Program-made: the position numbers and the translations under genes
Assembly (NCBI GenBank): GCA_031367385.1
Contig: JANLPS010000084.1
Location: forward strand, 1-26,973
From: Archangium sp.
GTDB lineage: Bacteria; Myxococcota; Myxococcia; Myxococcales; Myxococcaceae
Length of the DNA: 26,973 nucleotides
Direction of reading: 5' to 3'
Shown: positions 1 through 7,693 of the stretch, piece after piece
Layout: each line of letters opens with the position of its first letter
How positions within the stretch are numbered: position 1 is the first letter of the stretch
Notes under the pieces: generated by a model
Databases searched by the model: none
Told to the model about the DNA's origin: nothing
The model's input: the letters and a program-made list of their open reading frames with translations, nothing else

Positions 1-393
1 CCCTGGCTGCGCGCCAACCGCCGCTTGTTTGCTTCGTTTTTCGGTGAGCCGCCGTACGAGCCGATACGCGAGAGTGAAGCGGCGGGCATGGTCTTCGACG
101 ACCCGAACGAGGCTCGGCCGTTCGTTCAGAACGTGCTCGACATCGCGTGCCGGGCGGCCAAGAGCAGCGGCTTCGACTACAAGGTGACCGGCATCAACCG
201 CGAGATGCGCGCGCTGTTCATCAAGAACGCGTTGATGTTGCGAAAGATTCGGCCGCCCAAAGAAGCGCTCCAGTTTTTTCGCGGAGTCGCCGGCATGAGC
301 CAGAACCTCGAGAACATCGGTGCGCGAGGCGATTTTCAGAGCGTCTTCAAAGAGGTGCATGAGGCCTCGAAACGGCTCGGCAGGGCGTTGTGA
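1..393 (+). CDS. C-terminal part of a protein truncated by the window edge, possibly an ABC1/AarF/UbiB-family atypical kinase
   Basis: Frame 1 is open from base 1 (PWLRANRRLFASFF...) to TGA at 391-393. The helical tail 'IRPPKEALQFFRGVAGMSQNLENIGARGDF' resembles ABC1-kinase C-termini, but the catalytic motifs lie outside the window. Confidence 0.35.
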   Translation, partial: PWLRANRRLFASFFGEPPYEPIRESEAAGMVFDDPNEARPFVQNVLDIACRAAKSSGFDYKVTGINREMRALFIKNALMLRKIRPPKEALQFFRGVAGMSQNLENIGARGDFQSVFKEVHEASKRLGRAL

Positions 394-414
394 GTGGGGT
401 AGATCATCGCTCCC

Positions 415-1317
415 ATGGCTGAAGATGTGAGCTCCGCAGTCGACGAAATCACCGAGCGCGTTCGCAGGCGTTTGCAGGCGTTGCAGGTCGGCACCGAGCA
501 ACCGTGCACGCCGTCTGCGGCGACCAAAGCGAGTGACGATGCCGCCGAGTGCGCACCGTCGTGCTTCAGCTGCGTGAACCACGATACCTGCGGCACCGTG
601 AACGCCGTGAAATCGGGGGCGGCGCGCATCTCGCCTGACCGGCTTCGCACCAGCCAAGACATCGCTCCGTTCATTGATCACACCTTGCTCAAAGCCGAGG
701 CGACCAACGCCGAGGTGCTCAAGCTGTGCGACGAGGCTCGCAAGTACGGCTTCGCGACGGTGTGTGTGAATGCAGTGAACGTGGGTACCGCCGCGCGGGC
801 CTTGGCGGGCTCGAGCGTGCTGCCGATCGCGGTGGTGGGTTTTCCTCTCGGGGCGTCGATGCCTTCGGCCAAGGCCTTCGAGACCCGCGAGGCCGTGCGC
901 TGCGGAGCGAAAGAGGTCGATATGGTCATCAACCTGGGGGCGCTCAAGTCGCGCGACTACGCGTTGGTGCTCAGCGACATTCAAGGGGTCGTGCAGGCGG
1001 CGAGGCCAGTGCCGGTAAAGGTCATTCTCGAGACCGCGCAGTTGACGGCTGACGAGAAGATCATCGGCTCAGCGCTCTCGAAGGCGGCGGGTGCGGCGTT
1101 CGTGAAGACCTCGACCGGGTTCAACGGTGGTGGCGCGACCGCTGAAGACGTGGCGCTGATGCGAAAGATCGTCGGTGATGATGTCGGCGTGAAGGCCTCG
1201 GGCGGCGTGCGGTCGACCGAAGATGCGATGAAGATGTTCGAGGCCGGCGCGAACCGAATTGGCGCGTCGGCGTCGATTGCGATCATCACGGGGCAGAAGT
1301 CGACGTCGAAGTACTGA
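415..1317 (+). CDS. deoC: Deoxyribose-phosphate aldolase (DERA) with ~80-aa N-terminal extension
   Basis: Motifs [39 protein letters not shown] (Schiff-base Lys), [16 protein letters not shown]. Confidence 0.96.
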   Translation: MAEDVSSAVDEITERVRRRLQALQVGTEQPCTPSAATKASDDAAECAPSCFSCVNHDTCGTVNAVKSGAARISPDRLRTSQDIAPFIDHTLLKAEATNAEVLKLCDEARKYGFATVCVNAVNVGTAARALAGSSVLPIAVVGFPLGASMPSAKAFETREAVRCGAKEVDMVINLGALKSRDYALVLSDIQGVVQAARPVPVKVILETAQLTADEKIIGSALSKAAGAAFVKTSTGFNGGGATAEDVALMRKIVGDDVGVKASGGVRSTEDAMKMFEAGANRIGASASIAIITGQKSTSKY

Positions 1318-1339
1318 GCCCTCGTTGGTTGCGAGGGTT
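1317..1339 (+). other. Stem-loop immediately after deoC stop, without U-tract (weak terminator or mRNA-stabilising hairpin)
   Basis: AGCCCTCGT-TGGTT-GCGAGGGTT forms a 9-bp stem including two G-U pairs. Confidence 0.35.
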
Positions 1340-1444
1340 GAGGGTCTCAAAGCGCACGAAACGCTTTTCCTCTCGATGAGATGGGCATACGCCCTGCGTC
1401 GATCTGGTTCGCATTGCGCCAATTCACTCTTCAAGAGAGGCTCC

Positions 1445-3160
1445 ATGAACGCTCCCACCGTTGAAACCCAAGCCAAGACCTGGGCCCAGCATGACCCCGA
1501 CGCGAAGACCGCCGCCGAGGTGCTCGCGCTGCTCGAGAAAAACGACACCAAAGAGCTGGGCGACCGCTTCGGCAGCTCGCTCGAGTTCGGTACCGCGGGC
1601 CTGCGCGGGGTCATCGGTGGCGGCCCGAATCGCATGAACCGCGCGGTCATTCGCCGCACCACGTTGGGGCTCGCCCGCTACCTCAAGGCCACGGTGCCCG
1701 ACGTGCTCACCCGCGGAGTCGTCATCGGCCGTGATGGCCGCCACATGAGCCTCGAGTTCGCCAACGACACCGCCTCGGTGCTCGCGGCAGAGGGCATCCC
1801 CGCGCATGTGTTCACGACGCTGGCGCCCACGCCCTTGACCGCGTTTGGCGTCACCGCCCTCAAGGCCGCCGCCGGCGTGATGGTTACCGCCAGCCACAAC
1901 CCGCCCGAGTACAACGGCTACAAAGTGTATTGGAGCAACGGCGCGCAGATCATCCCTCCGCACGATGCAGGCATCGCCAAGGCAATCGACGGAGTCGGCG
2001 CGGCGAACGAAGTGGCATTGATGAGCGAAGCCGATGCTCGGGCCAAGGGTCTGTGGGTCGATGTACCCGCCGCCGTCGAGCGCGCGTACCTCGACGCGAT
2101 TCTCGGGTTGCGCCCGACCAAGCTCACCGCTGACCTGCGCATCGTCTACACCGCGATGCACGGCGTTGGCGGCCGGCTGGCGATGCAGGTGCTCTGGGAA
2201 GCCGGGTTCAAGAACGTGACCGCGGTGGCCGAGCAGCAAGAGCCCGACGGCGCTTTTCCCACCGTGCGTTTTCCCAACCCAGAAGAGCCCGGCGCGATGG
2301 ACTTGTCGACCGCGCTCGCCGCGAAGACCAACGCCGACATCGCGCTGGCGAATGACCCCGACGCCGACCGCCTCGCGGTGATGGCACGCGACTCGGCCGG
2401 AGCGCTGCGCATCATGACCGGCAACGAGGTCGGCGTGCTGCTCGGGCACTTCATGCTCACGCAGCAAAAGACCAAGAACCCGATCGTGATGACGACCATC
2501 GTCTCATCGGCGCAGCTCAAGTCGATCGCTTCGTCGCTCGGGGCGAAGTACGCCGAGACCCTCACCGGCTTCAAGTGGATCGCCAATCGCGCGATGCAGG
2601 CCGAGACCGAGGGTCAGCGCTTCGTGATGGGGTACGAAGAAGCGCTGGGCTACACGGTCGGTGATGTCGTTCGAGACAAAGACGGCATCGGCACCGCGCT
2701 GGTCATCGCCGACATGGCTGCGTGGTGCAAAAGCAAGGGCACCACCTTGCTCGGCTACCTCGAAGACGTTCAGCGCGCGCACGGCCTCTTCGTCGCCAAG
2801 CAGTACAACGCCACGCTGCCTGGAGCCACCGGCGCAGCGGCGATCAAATCGGTGATGGAGCAGTTTCGGGCCCGGCCGCCGAGTCGCATCGGTGACCTGG
2901 CGGTGGAGACTCCCATTGACTACCTGGGCGAGACGCCGCTGCCCAAGTCGAACGTGATTGCCTATGAGCTGGCGGGTGGTGGGCGCGTCACGCTGCGGCC
3001 CTCGGGCACCGAGCCCAAGATCAAGTTCTACTTCGAGCTGCGTGAAGTGCTCAGCGCGGGCGAAGCGATGCCGGCCGCCAAGGCGCGCGCGACCGCCAAG
3101 CTCGAGGCGTTCGAAAAGGCCTTTTTGACGCTCGCCCATGAGCGAGGTCTGCCGAAATGA
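1445..3160 (+). CDS. Alpha-D-phosphohexomutase family phospho-sugar mutase (PGM/PMM, PGM2-like); possibly acts as phosphopentomutase
   Basis: Motifs FGTAGLRG, TASHNP (phospho-Ser), DPDADR (metal loop), GYEEALG, RPSGTEPKIK. The start is set at ATG 1445 after AAGAGAGG; the ORF-track start at 1259 overlaps deoC. Confidence 0.92.
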   Translation: MNAPTVETQAKTWAQHDPDAKTAAEVLALLEKNDTKELGDRFGSSLEFGTAGLRGVIGGGPNRMNRAVIRRTTLGLARYLKATVPDVLTRGVVIGRDGRHMSLEFANDTASVLAAEGIPAHVFTTLAPTPLTAFGVTALKAAAGVMVTASHNPPEYNGYKVYWSNGAQIIPPHDAGIAKAIDGVGAANEVALMSEADARAKGLWVDVPAAVERAYLDAILGLRPTKLTADLRIVYTAMHGVGGRLAMQVLWEAGFKNVTAVAEQQEPDGAFPTVRFPNPEEPGAMDLSTALAAKTNADIALANDPDADRLAVMARDSAGALRIMTGNEVGVLLGHFMLTQQKTKNPIVMTTIVSSAQLKSIASSLGAKYAETLTGFKWIANRAMQAETEGQRFVMGYEEALGYTVGDVVRDKDGIGTALVIADMAAWCKSKGTTLLGYLEDVQRAHGLFVAKQYNATLPGATGAAAIKSVMEQFRARPPSRIGDLAVETPIDYLGETPLPKSNVIAYELAGGGRVTLRPSGTEPKIKFYFELREVLSAGEAMPAAKARATAKLEAFEKAFLTLAHERGLPK

Positions 3161-3822
3161 TCTCAGCGCTTTTAGGCGTGCTGATCAGTGCGGCCGTGGT
3201 GAGCGATGAGCCGGCTGCCGTGCTCGAACAAGGTCAGGCGTGGTCGGTCGTCGGAGGTCGAACCGTCGGCGAGCGGCGCGGCGCCTTCGAGTTCGGCGTT
3301 GGTTTTCCCTCGGTATCGGTCGGGTATCTGCGAGGCGTCGCGCCGCGCTTCGATGTCGGTGGGCGGGTCTCGTTCGTCTATGCGCAAGAGGGCATGGTGC
3401 GTTCGGTCGTGCCGGGCCTGAAGCTCCAAGGCCTGCTGAAATTTCAGCTGATCAATTCAGGCGCGCTCTCGGTCGCCGCCACCTTCGAGCCGGGGCCGTT
3501 CTTCAACGTGTTTCCCTACGGGCTGTATCTGTATGGGTCGACCGCGGTCTGGGGGTTCGCGCTGCCGCTGGGTGTGCGCGTCGGCGTGGCTGCTTCGAGC
3601 GCGTTGACGCTGGGCATTACATTCGACGTGCCGATTTGGGTTCAGTTCGGCTCGCTGGGCGGAGTGAACGTGCCGGTGCTGCCCGGCGTCGGCGTCGAAT
3701 ATTTCGTGAAGAGCGATCTGCTGCTCTTCGCCAAAGTGCGCATGGGCCCGACGATTCGGCCCTACCCCTTCACGGCGGAGTTCACGCTCGACGCGAGCAT
3801 CGGGCTCGGTTTGCGGTTGTGA
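3157..3822 (+). CDS. Hypothetical exported protein, probable small outer-membrane beta-barrel
   Basis: ATGA overlap with the mutase stop; hydrophobic N-terminal signal; many alternating Gly/aromatic beta-strands (FDVGGRVSFVY, GVGVEYFV); C-terminal strand ASIGLGLRL. Confidence 0.6.
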   Translation: MISALLGVLISAAVVSDEPAAVLEQGQAWSVVGGRTVGERRGAFEFGVGFPSVSVGYLRGVAPRFDVGGRVSFVYAQEGMVRSVVPGLKLQGLLKFQLINSGALSVAATFEPGPFFNVFPYGLYLYGSTAVWGFALPLGVRVGVAASSALTLGITFDVPIWVQFGSLGGVNVPVLPGVGVEYFVKSDLLLFAKVRMGPTIRPYPFTAEFTLDASIGLGLRL

Positions 3823-3848
3823 CGCAACTGCAATGCGGGGGTAATCCC

Positions 3849-4217
3849 ATGGCCGTCGCCGCCGCAGCTCCCGCCTGTGTTCGTCCTCCTCCGCGCCCTG
3901 CCGCCAACCCCTTGTCGAACTATGCCCCGGCGACGTTGACCCGCATCGGCGCCGGCAACTACATCATGACCGGCGAAGTCGACCGCTCGACCTTCGCCAC
4001 CATTCGGTTGAACAAGGGTCAGTTTACCATCGAGCTGCGCGCCTTCAGAACCGGCGGCGCAGACCCGGTGTTGCCGCCTCCGCGAGCGATGACCAAGAGC
4101 GAGATGAGTGGCCTGCGCCAGGGGCTCGACAAGCTCATCAAGAATACGCCGGGCCGTCAGGCAATGTACGTGTCACTGCGCGACCAGTTGGCCAAGCAAG
4201 TCAAGTCGGCGAGCTGA
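3849..4217 (+). CDS. Small hypothetical protein (122 aa) with Ala/Pro-rich N-terminus
   Basis: ATG at 3849 after a G-rich stretch; GC3-rich codons; fills the gap up to the convergent permease stop at 4223. Confidence 0.6.
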   Translation: MAVAAAAPACVRPPPRPAANPLSNYAPATLTRIGAGNYIMTGEVDRSTFATIRLNKGQFTIELRAFRTGGADPVLPPPRAMTKSEMSGLRQGLDKLIKNTPGRQAMYVSLRDQLAKQVKSAS

Positions 4218-4222
4218 AGCGT

Positions 4223-5116
4223 TCAACGCAGCTCAGGGTCGTACGGGGTACCCAGCGCGGCCGGAGCAGCGACCGCGCGCTTGCCTTGAACGGCGAGCAC
4301 GACCAGCGTGAGCGCGTAGGGGAGCGCCAGGAGCGCACCCTGCGGGACCACCTCGAGCAAACCAGGGGCTGAGGAGGCGAGCCCGATTCTCAACGCGTTC
4401 CCGAAGGCGAAGAAGGTCGCTGCGGCGGCGGCTCCCAGTGGGGTCCACCGGCCGAAGACCATCGCAGCGACCGCCATGAACCCCAACCCCGAGGGCATGT
4501 GGTGCTCGAAGTGATCGAGGGTCGAGGTCGATAACGCCGCTCCGCCGAGGCCCGCGAAGGCGCCGCTGAGCGTGACCGCCCCCAGTCGCAGACGTGACAC
4601 GCGAACGCCCATCGCCGCCACCGCGCTGGGTTTTTCACCGACCGCGCGAAGCCGTAGCCCCCACGGGGTTCGGGTGATTGCGACGTGCACCACGAAGGGC
4701 AGCACCATCGCGAGGTACGTGTACGGTGAATGGCCGAGCCACAGCGGCAATTGGGTGATGCTCGGCGTGCGCGACTGCGATGAGAAGACCGCCTCGAGCA
4801 AGAAGGTACCGAGCGCGAGCAGCACGAGGTTGATTGCCATGCCCGAGACGACCTGATCAGCGCGCCACCGAATGCACAGCCAGCCGTGCAGGGCACCGAC
4901 CAGCGCGCCCACGGCGACGCCGACCAAGACGCCCAATGGCGTTGGCATGATCAATGCGGCGGCCGCGGCGGCGAAGGCCCCAGCGCGCATCATGCCTTCG
5001 ACTCCGACGTTCACGACGCCGGCGCGCTCTGAGAGCGTGGCCCCGAGCGCGGCGAAGACCAGGGCCGGTGCGGCGTCGAGCACCGAGGTGAGCAAACCGG
5101 CGAGCAGAGAGATCAT
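4223..5116 (-). CDS. Nucleoside/sugar ABC transporter permease II (NupC/YufQ-like, BPD_transp_2)
   Basis: Motifs SERAGVVNVGVEGMM, GLRLRAVGE, GFMAVAAMVFGRW, LPY, APAALGTPY. ATG 5116 forms an ATGA overlap with the upstream permease stop. Confidence 0.9.
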   Translation of the reverse strand: MISLLAGLLTSVLDAAPALVFAALGATLSERAGVVNVGVEGMMRAGAFAAAAAALIMPTPLGVLVGVAVGALVGALHGWLCIRWRADQVVSGMAINLVLLALGTFLLEAVFSSQSRTPSITQLPLWLGHSPYTYLAMVLPFVVHVAITRTPWGLRLRAVGEKPSAVAAMGVRVSRLRLGAVTLSGAFAGLGGAALSTSTLDHFEHHMPSGLGFMAVAAMVFGRWTPLGAAAAATFFAFGNALRIGLASSAPGLLEVVPQGALLALPYALTLVVLAVQGKRAVAAPAALGTPYDPELR

Positions 5117-6201
5117 GGCTTGGCCCGGCGGGTCAGGAGCTGAGACCAGAACAGCTTCGCCGCCACCAACAGCAGCGCGAGCCCTTGAATCAGCTCGGGG
5201 AAGCTCTTGTGAACGCCGAAGAGCTGCATGCGGGTGCCTCCGGCGCGGAGGGCTCCGAAGAAGAGTGCGGTGAGCATCACGCCCAGCGGGTTGCCTTGGC
5301 CGATCAGCGCCATCGCGATGCCGTCGAAGCCGTAGGGGGCGGCGAGGGTGGCGGGGTACTTCTGCTCGGTGCCGAGCACCAGCACCGCGCCGGCGAGACC
5401 GGCGAAGGCGCCTGACAGCACCATGGCTTGGAGCATCGTGCGTTCGACGTTGATGCCGGCGCTGCGTGCGGCGTCGAGGCTGAGCCCCACCGCGCGCCAT
5501 TCGTAGCCGCGCTGAGAGCGGGTCAGAAAAAGCCAGGTGCCCACGGCTGCGACCAGCGCGAGCACGATGCCCAGGTTGAGCCGCGAGAGATCGGCGAGCA
5601 GGCGCGGGAGCTCAGCGGTCGGTTGAATTTGCGCGGTGCCGGAGATGGAGTTGTCGCCGCTGGCTCGCGCGCGCAACGGGCCGACGATGAGCCAATTTTC
5701 GATCAGTGAGACCGCGACCCAGTTGAGCATGATGGTGCTGATGACTTCGTGCACTCCGCGACGGAGCTTGAGCCAGGCGGGGCCGAGTGCGTAGAGACCA
5801 CCACCGAGCGAGGCGGCGAGCAGGCAGGTGAGCAGGTGGAGTGGGGCGGGCAGCTCGAAAGCGGCGCCGGCGACCGCGGCTGCGAGTGCGCCGACCATCA
5901 GCTGACCTTGCGCGCCGATGTTGAAGAGGCCGACGCGAAAGGCGACGGCGACGGAGAGGCCGGTGAAGAGCAGGATCGTGGCCTTGGTCGCTGATTCACC
6001 GAACGGCCGGAGGACAGAGCCGGGGTCGCCGGTGGAGATGAGCTTGGGCCAGTCGCCGATGCCGCCCCAGATCATCGAAGCGTAGGCGTCGAAGGCGATG
6101 CCGAGGCCGCCGCGGGTCAGTGCGGTGGCGATGAAGCAGATGATAATCGCGGCGATGATCGACAGCGTCGAGGGCAGGGCACGGCGCAGCGTTTCACGCA
6201 T
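5113..6201 (-). CDS. Nucleoside/sugar ABC transporter permease I (NupB/YufP-like)
   Basis: Motifs GLFNIGAQGQ, HEVISTIMLN, GYEWRAVG, GFDGIAMALIG. ATG 6201 overlaps the ATPase stop. Confidence 0.9.
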   Translation of the reverse strand: MRETLRRALPSTLSIIAAIIICFIATALTRGGLGIAFDAYASMIWGGIGDWPKLISTGDPGSVLRPFGESATKATILLFTGLSVAVAFRVGLFNIGAQGQLMVGALAAAVAGAAFELPAPLHLLTCLLAASLGGGLYALGPAWLKLRRGVHEVISTIMLNWVAVSLIENWLIVGPLRARASGDNSISGTAQIQPTAELPRLLADLSRLNLGIVLALVAAVGTWLFLTRSQRGYEWRAVGLSLDAARSAGINVERTMLQAMVLSGAFAGLAGAVLVLGTEQKYPATLAAPYGFDGIAMALIGQGNPLGVMLTALFFGALRAGGTRMQLFGVHKSFPELIQGLALLLVAAKLFWSQLLTRRAKP

Positions 6202-7693
6202 GGTCGACGTGCACCCCGAGCATCGCGCGGCCGATTCGCTTCTCGTCGTATGCACCCCGGCTCAATTCGTCGGTCACGCGCCCCTCGAACATCACGAGCA
6301 TGCGGTCTGCCAACGCCAGCACTTCATCGAGGTCGAGGCTGACCAGCAACACCGCACAGCCCCGCGCGCGCTCTGCCAGGAGCTTCGTGCGCACTGCCTC
6401 GACGGCCGCGATGTCGAGCCCCCGCGTCGGCTGCACCACCACCAACACCTTGGGCGCCGAATCGAGCTCACGCCCGACCACGAGCTTCTGCTGATTGCCG
6501 CCCGACAACGCGCCGGCCCGCAGCAACGGGTCTCGCGGCCTGACGTCATTGGCCTCCATCAACGCCACCGTTCGATCGTGGCGACCCGCAAAGTCGATTC
6601 GAAACCCCCGCGCAAACGGCGCCTCACCGTGCCGGCCGAGCGCAACGTTCTCCTCAACGGTCATCTCGACGACCAGCGCTCGCCGATGCCGATCTTCTGG
6701 AATGTGCGCAAGCCCGGCGGCCCGCGCCAACTTCGGCGTCAGCGACCTGCGCTCGACCCCATCGAGGGTCACCGTGCCACTCCGCCAGGGCGCCAGCCCG
6801 GTCACCAGCTCAGCGAGCTCGCCCTGCCCATTGCCATCGACCCCGGCGATGCCAACGATCTCACCCGCGTGCACCGTGAGAGAAACACCATGCACCTTCG
6901 CGGCCTCGAGGTTGCGCAGCACCAGGCGTGCCTCACCGTGGGTCGGTCGTTCGGCCAGCAGCGGAGCCACCCCGACCACCGAATCTCCGACCATCAGCTG
7001 CGCGAGCGCCTCGGCCGAAGTCTCACCGGGCTTCACCTCGCCGACCTTCTGCCCTCGTCGCATCACCGCGATGCGAGACGCAAATCGCAGCACGTCGCGA
7101 AGCTTGTGGCTGATCAGCACCACCGTCAGCCCCTCCCGCGCCAGCCGCTCGGTGACCTCGAAGAGCTCATTCGCCTCTTGCGGCGTCAGCACTGCCGTCG
7201 GCTCATCGAGTATCAACGTCTTCACGCCGCGATGGAGCGCCTTGACGATCTCCACCTTCTGTTGCGAGCCCACGGTCAACGAATCGACCCGCGCCCTCAC
7301 GTCGAGCGAAAACCCGAAGCGCTGACAGGTCGCCTCGACCTCGCGAACCGCAGTGGGCAGGTCGAGCATGCCGAAGCGGGTCGGCTCTGCGCCCAACACC
7401 ACGTTCTCAGCCACTGTCAGGGTCGGCACCAGCGTGAAGTGCTGATGCACCATGCCGATGCCACGGGCGAGCGCGTCAGCCGGAGTGCGAAGTCGAACCG
7501 GCACACCGTCGAAGCGAAGCTCACCCGAGTCAGGCTGGTAGAGCCCGTACAGCACGTTCATCAGTGAGGTCTTGCCCGCGCCGTTTTCACCGATCAGCGC
7601 CACCCGCTCGCCCGGCGCCAACTCGAGAGACACGTCATCGAGCGCTACCAACCCTGCGAAGCGCTTCGAGATGTGGTGCAGAGAAATGATCAG
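6194..7693 (-). CDS. CUT2-type dual-NBD ABC ATPase (NupA/YufO-like); start uncertain (CTG 7693 or GTG 7729)
   Basis: Walker [28 protein letters not shown], degenerate second Walker [29 protein letters not shown]. Confidence 0.93.
   Translation of the reverse strand: MIISLHHISKRFAGLVALDDVSLELAPGERVALIGENGAGKTSLMNVLYGLYQPDSGELRFDGVPVRLRTPADALARGIGMVHQHFTLVPTLTVAENVVLGAEPTRFGMLDLPTAVREVEATCQRFGFSLDVRARVDSLTVGSQQKVEIVKALHRGVKTLILDEPTAVLTPQEANELFEVTERLAREGLTVVLISHKLRDVLRFASRIAVMRRGQKVGEVKPGETSAEALAQLMVGDSVVGVAPLLAERPTHGEARLVLRNLEAAKVHGVSLTVHAGEIVGIAGVDGNGQGELAELVTGLAPWRSGTVTLDGVERRSLTPKLARAAGLAHIPEDRHRRALVVEMTVEENVALGRHGEAPFARGFRIDFAGRHDRTVALMEANDVRPRDPLLRAGALSGGNQQKLVVGRELDSAPKVLVVVQPTRGLDIAAVEAVRTKLLAERARGCAVLLVSLDLDEVLALADRMLVMFEGRVTDELSRGAYDEKRIGRAMLGVHVDHA

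Noticed and set aside
550..573. Radical-SAM enzyme suggested by CxxxCxxC
   Set aside because: The motif sits in a short extension of a clear DeoC; no radical-SAM barrel follows.
1259..1444. Arg-rich N-terminal extension of the mutase in the ORF track
   Set aside because: Overlaps deoC in another frame; a good SD and ATG exist at 1445.
3240..3848. Upstream two-thirds of the 325-aa ORF 3240-4217
   Set aside because: Off-frame overlap with the beta-barrel gene; only the part from ATG 3849 looks coding.
5117..5500. 128-aa extension of permease II; likewise extensions of LysR (14145), M20 (17378) and YdcF (24640)
   Set aside because: Longest-ORF artefacts overlapping neighbouring genes; family homology begins at the downstream starts.
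6098..7567. 489-aa + strand ORF, and similar long antisense ORFs (1424-2467, 13516-14397, 20801-22003, 25901-26701)
   Set aside because: Shadow ORFs opposite well-supported genes; expected in high-GC DNA; no recognisable motifs.
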